Shown piece by piece: positions 59,847 through 64,000 of a stretch of 64,000 bases of DNA. The stretch is from assembly GCA_012798065.1 (NCBI GenBank), contig JAAZNW010000076.1, positions 13,858-77,857 on the forward strand. Direction: 5' to 3'. Position 1 is the first letter of the stretch. Each line of letters starts with the position of its first letter. The DNA is from Chloroflexota bacterium. GTDB taxonomy: Bacteria; Chloroflexota; Anaerolineae; Anaerolineales; Anaerolineaceae. The position numbers and the translations under genes are program-made. The notes under the pieces are model-generated. The model did not search any database, had not been told where the DNA came from, and saw only the letters and a program-made list of their open reading frames with translations.

Positions 59847-61292
59847 TTACGCCCCTGCGATTAGACCGGCGGCAGCGAGGTTAAAAAGGTAACCAGGGAC
59901 GAAAGCCAGGCCAACAACCAGGATGGCGAGAATCGTAGCGATCAAACTGGTCAGGCGCCCTTTGTGCGCCAGGGCTTCACCAGGCTGGAAGTACATTTTC
60001 ACCACCACGCGCAGGTAATAGAACACCGAGACCAGCGAAGTGAGCAACCCGGCGACCGCCAAATAGGTAAAGCCGCCTTCAATGGCGGTGCGGAACAGGT
60101 AGAATTTGCCCCAGAACCCCAAGGTGAGCGGGATTCCAGTGAACGAGAGCATGAACACAACCATCGCTGCAGCCAGGGAAGGCGCGGTCTTCCCCAACCC
60201 CGCCAGGTCACTGATCTCATTCCCGCTGCCATCTTGTTGCTCTACCGCCACCAGCACCGACCAGGCGCCAAGTGAAGTGAGCGCGTACGCAGCCAGGTAA
60301 AACAGCGCGGAAGCGATAGAATTCTGGCGTACTGCCGCATCTCCAAAGCCTACAAAAGCCATCAGGATGTAACCGGCGTGCGCAATGCTGGAATAAGCCA
60401 GCATGCGTTTGAGATTGGTCTGCGCCACCGCGACCACGTTGCCAACGATCATCGTCAATGCCGATAACACCCAGAACAGCGGCGTTAACTCAATGGCAAT
60501 GGCGGTGAAATTGAGCGAAAAGACGCGTATGAGTGCAGCGAACCCTGCAGCCTTAGCGCCAACTGACATAAAAGCCGTAACGGAAGAAGGCGAACCGTGG
60601 TACACATCGGGCGTCCAGCTATGAAAAGGCACCGCGGCCACCTTGAACCCGAAACCAGCCAGTAACAGCGCGCTACCGCAAATCAACAAGAACTGCTGCA
60701 CCTTACCCTGGCTGACGGCTTCGGTGATGCCGTACAGGCTGGTCGTTCCAGCCGCGCCGTAAACAAAAGCAATCCCAAAGAGCACAAAAGCGGAAGCCAT
60801 TGTTCCTAATAAAAAGTACTTCAGCGATGCTTCCCGTGAAGCGTCGCGTTTATGGTCAATACCTGCCAACACATAAAGAGGAATGGAAAGCAATTCCAGC
60901 GAGAGGAAAACGATAATCAGGTCGCCTGCGCTGCCCATCAGCATCATGCCGCTGATACTGAAAAGCAGCAGGACGTAATATTCACCTTCGCTGATGCCAA
61001 CACGCTTGAGGTAATCGTACCCCAATCCAATCGCCACAATGCCGCTGAGGGCGAACAAGTTATTGAGGAAAATGCTGAAACCGTCAACACGGATCATGCC
61101 GTTAAAGGCTGAAGCCTGTTGTCCAATTTGGTACAGGCTCGCCGCTAAAGACAGCACCAGTCCAGCTACAGCCATAACAGGTGTAAGCAGGGGAACGCGT
61201 TTTCCAAACCACACATCCAGCAGCAGCATGACCAATGCCCAGACCACCAGCAGGATGACCGGAAGTATGGAGTTGAAATCAATTAAAGTCAT
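59847..61292 (-). CDS. nuoN: NADH-quinone oxidoreductase subunit N
   Basis: 481 aa, 14-TM antiporter-like subunit. Follows nuoM in the usual order. Confidence 0.9.
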   Translation of the reverse strand: MTLIDFNSILPVILLVVWALVMLLLDVWFGKRVPLLTPVMAVAGLVLSLAASLYQIGQQASAFNGMIRVDGFSIFLNNLFALSGIVAIGLGYDYLKRVGISEGEYYVLLLFSISGMMLMGSAGDLIIVFLSLELLSIPLYVLAGIDHKRDASREASLKYFLLGTMASAFVLFGIAFVYGAAGTTSLYGITEAVSQGKVQQFLLICGSALLLAGFGFKVAAVPFHSWTPDVYHGSPSSVTAFMSVGAKAAGFAALIRVFSLNFTAIAIELTPLFWVLSALTMIVGNVVAVAQTNLKRMLAYSSIAHAGYILMAFVGFGDAAVRQNSIASALFYLAAYALTSLGAWSVLVAVEQQDGSGNEISDLAGLGKTAPSLAAAMVVFMLSFTGIPLTLGFWGKFYLFRTAIEGGFTYLAVAGLLTSLVSVFYYLRVVVKMYFQPGEALAHKGRLTSLIATILAILVVGLAFVPGYLFNLAAAGLIAGA

Positions 61293-61306
61293 ATTTTCAC
61301 CTTCCG

Positions 61307-62812
61307 TTAATGCGCAGTCTGAACAACAGTCTGAATCAGCGCCAGCAACTGCTCAACCGCTGGCGACATGAGCCTGAAGAACGGGGCCGGATACAACCCT
61401 ATCCAGAAAGCCAACAACAGGAGCGGCGCCAGAAGGATGACCTCGCGCGGGCTGAGATCGGCCAATTTTTCGTTTTCCGGATGGCGTACCGGTCCCAAAA
61501 ATACCTGCTGGAACATATGCAGCAGGTACACCGCTGCCAGGATAACACCAAGCGTGGCTACCACGGCAAACCATGGCGAAGCCAGGATAGTTGAATGAAA
61601 AGCGCCCATCAGAATGGTAAATTCTCCCACAAAACCATTCAGTCCAGGCAACCCTACCGAGGAGAGGACGGTAACCAGTGTGAGACTGCCCAACAGCGGA
61701 GTGACGCGCCACAACCCGCCAAAATCAGCCATCAGGCGTGTGTGCCGCCTTTCATACAGCATCCCTACAATGAGGAACAGCGCGCCGGTGGAAAGCCCAT
61801 GATTGACCATCTGCAAAATGGCTCCCTGCACGCCCTGCGCTGTGAGGGCAAATGTGCCCAGTACAACAAAACCAAGGTGGCTGATGGAAGAATAGGCAAC
61901 CAACCGTTTTACGTCCTTCTGCCTGAAAGCCACAATCGCGCCATAGAGGATGCCGATTACCGCCAGCCCAGCCATCCACGGAGCCAGTGTGAGCGTCGCC
62001 TGTGGGAATAACGGCAGGTTGAAACGCAGGAACCCATAAGCACCCATCTTGAGCAGCACACCCGCCAGGATGACAGACCCGGCGGTAGGGGCTTCAGTGT
62101 GGGCGTCTGGCAGCCAGGAATGCAGCGGCCACATGGGCACTTTGATGGCAAACGCCAGCCCGAACGCCCCAAACAACCATAGTTGTGCGGTGAATGGAAT
62201 CGCCGAGTCCGTCAGTTTTGTCAGGTCAAAGCCGCCGTAGGTTAACCCCACCCACAGGATACCCGCCAGCATCAGCAATGAACCGGCCATGGTGTAGAGC
62301 ACGAACTTGACCGCCGCGTAAACCCGGCGCTGGCTGCCCCACAGCCCAATAAGAAAGTACATGGGCACCAGCGTAAACTCCCAGAAGATATAAAACAATA
62401 CCATATCCAGGGAGAGGAACACGCCCATCATGCCCGTTTCAAGCAGCAAGAAGAAGCTCATAAAACCACTTACGCGTTCCTCCACCGCCTTCCAGGTGGA
62501 AAGGATGGCAATTGGCGTCAGTAAAGCGGTCAGCAAGACCATGAGAATGCTGATACCATCCACACCCAGGTGAAAGCCAACCGTGTTGCCGCCCAGGGTC
62601 AACCACGGCAGGTTGATCTCCATCTGGATGCCGCCTTTCGTGCTGTCAAACTGCATCAGCAGCCACAGTGAAAGCGCAAAGGTGACCAGCGAGGTCAAAA
62701 GGGCGATCCAGCGCGCAGTGTTTTTGCCTGTGCTTCCCAATAACAATATCAGCAAGACGCCCACAAGCGGAAAGAAGGTGACCAGCAGAAGGGGATTAAT
62801 GGCTGAATTCAT
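61307..62812 (-). CDS. nuoM: NADH-quinone oxidoreductase subunit M
   Basis: 501 aa, antiporter-like. WLPDAHTEAPTAGSVILAG motif. Confidence 0.92.
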   Translation of the reverse strand: MNSAINPLLLVTFFPLVGVLLILLLGSTGKNTARWIALLTSLVTFALSLWLLMQFDSTKGGIQMEINLPWLTLGGNTVGFHLGVDGISILMVLLTALLTPIAILSTWKAVEERVSGFMSFFLLLETGMMGVFLSLDMVLFYIFWEFTLVPMYFLIGLWGSQRRVYAAVKFVLYTMAGSLLMLAGILWVGLTYGGFDLTKLTDSAIPFTAQLWLFGAFGLAFAIKVPMWPLHSWLPDAHTEAPTAGSVILAGVLLKMGAYGFLRFNLPLFPQATLTLAPWMAGLAVIGILYGAIVAFRQKDVKRLVAYSSISHLGFVVLGTFALTAQGVQGAILQMVNHGLSTGALFLIVGMLYERRHTRLMADFGGLWRVTPLLGSLTLVTVLSSVGLPGLNGFVGEFTILMGAFHSTILASPWFAVVATLGVILAAVYLLHMFQQVFLGPVRHPENEKLADLSPREVILLAPLLLLAFWIGLYPAPFFRLMSPAVEQLLALIQTVVQTAH

Positions 62813-62822
62813 CGCCCGTCCT

Positions 62823-64000
62823 TTACCTTAAGAATAGAAACATCATGATTGCCAGCAGACCAACCACCATCCACAAAGCATAAGAGCGCACATAGCCATT
62901 TTCCAGTTGGCGTAACCCTTCGGCCAGCGCGCGCATACCAGCTGCCAGCCCACCGCCCACACGGTCAATGATGCCCAGATCCACCGGTTCAGCGATGAAT
63001 TGGGCGAAGGCTTTGTAAGGATTGAGGATCAGCGCCTGGTAAAATTCGTCTACCCACCACTTGCGTTCCATACCGGTGTATAACGCGCCGAGGGGCTTTT
63101 TCAGCGGGTCATCCGCCCCGGACTTCTGCTCTCTGCGCGTGTAGATGAGCCAGGCCAAACCCAGCCCTAGCAACGCCAACAAGAACGAGAGCCCCGCCAC
63201 CAGCCAGATGAACTCTGCGGGCTTTACCTCGCCAAGCGTGTGAGCGAGCCAGTGTTCCAGCGTGTGCACGCCCGGCAGGTTGAGAGCCCCGCCCAGCAAT
63301 GAAAGCAGCGCCAGAATGACCAGTGGGATGGTCATTACGCGCGGGCTTTCGCTGGCATGCTCGGCTGCTGCTGAGAGCGGCTTTCCGAAGAAGACCATCA
63401 CCAGCTGCCGCCCCATATAAAACGCGGTAAGGAAAGCCGTGAGGACCAGCAGCACAAACACGGCGTTGTGCCCGGTGTATGCTGCGCCGAGGATTTCGTC
63501 CTTCGAGAAGAAGCCCGCAAGCGGCGCGATACCTGAAAGGGCCAGACCGCCAATCAGATAGACCCAAAAGGTAAGCGGCATTTTCTTGCGCAAGCCGCCC
63601 ATATTGCGCATATCCTGCGGATCGAACTCAGCGCTGTCGTCGCCACCGTGCATACCGCGTTCCATCCCCTGGATGACCGAACCCGCAGACAGGAAGAGCA
63701 GCCCTTTAAAAAAGGCATGGGTCACCAGATGGAACATCCCGGCGACCATCGCCCCCATGCCCACGGCGGCCACCATAAAGCCCAGCTGGCTGATGGTGGA
63801 ATAAGCCAGCACTTTCTTGATATCGTATTGCCCCAAGGCGATGGTCGCGGCCAGGAGCGCGGTGAGCGCGCCCACCCACATCACCACGGTCTGGGCAACG
63901 GGAACCACACTGTAAAAGGCTGTGCTGCGCGCCACCAGATACACACCGGCGGTGACCATGGTTGCCGCGTGGATGAGCGCGGAAACCGGCGTGGGCCCTG
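62823..64000 (-). CDS. nuoL: NADH-quinone oxidoreductase subunit L (C-terminal part; 5' end outside the window)
   Basis: Antiporter-like core (LAYSTISQLGFM, HAFFKGLLFLSAGSV) plus a long C-terminal amphipathic/TM extension. The frame stays open to the window edge. Confidence 0.9.
   Translation of the reverse strand, partial: GPTPVSALIHAATMVTAGVYLVARSTAFYSVVPVAQTVVMWVGALTALLAATIALGQYDIKKVLAYSTISQLGFMVAAVGMGAMVAGMFHLVTHAFFKGLLFLSAGSVIQGMERGMHGGDDSAEFDPQDMRNMGGLRKKMPLTFWVYLIGGLALSGIAPLAGFFSKDEILGAAYTGHNAVFVLLVLTAFLTAFYMGRQLVMVFFGKPLSAAAEHASESPRVMTIPLVILALLSLLGGALNLPGVHTLEHWLAHTLGEVKPAEFIWLVAGLSFLLALLGLGLAWLIYTRREQKSGADDPLKKPLGALYTGMERKWWVDEFYQALILNPYKAFAQFIAEPVDLGIIDRVGGGLAAGMRALAEGLRQLENGYVRSYALWMVVGLLAIMMFLFLR

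Overview
Densely coding 64-kb chromosomal window of about 55-58% GC by eye, with about 60 CDS, 3 tRNAs and short intergenic gaps. Most genes are housekeeping. These include dnaG, a fused glyQS, recO, cdd, glmU, rsgA, a PBP2-type transpeptidase, maf, xpt, guaA, cydAB, zwf, gnd, plsY, folE, arfB and nuoL/M/N. The minus-strand order cdd-recO-glyQS-dnaG resembles the Firmicute cdd-era-recO-glyQS-dnaG-sigA cluster but lacks era. Lipobox-type signal peptides, a fused GlyRS and family-5 binding proteins with Pro/Thr linkers make me guess a Chloroflexota/Anaerolineae-like organism; this is only a guess. I see no CRISPR array, transposase, integrase, prophage or recognisable defence genes. Four things deserve a second look. 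(1) An orphan glycyl-radical-enzyme operon at 41.5-46.6 kb: FCD-type GntR regulator, 838-aa GRE with a Cys-Leu-Glu loop, activase and a tandem split-barrel flavoprotein-like protein, next to a divergent Asp/Glu-type racemase; I cannot assign its substrate. (2) A family-5 ABC substrate-binding lipoprotein (13419..15443) whose two sequence modules are in swapped order, an apparent natural circular permutation, inside an Opp/Dpp-like operon that also has a canonically ordered paralog. (3) A self-contained promoter, about 265-nt RNA or 50-codon sORF, and intrinsic terminator inside the largest non-coding gap (33.34-33.99 kb). (4) Directly downstream of that module, a partner-less ABC ATPase with degenerate catalytic motifs. 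All coordinates, motifs and hairpins were read by eye from the sequence. All family assignments are from remembered motifs, not from searches.
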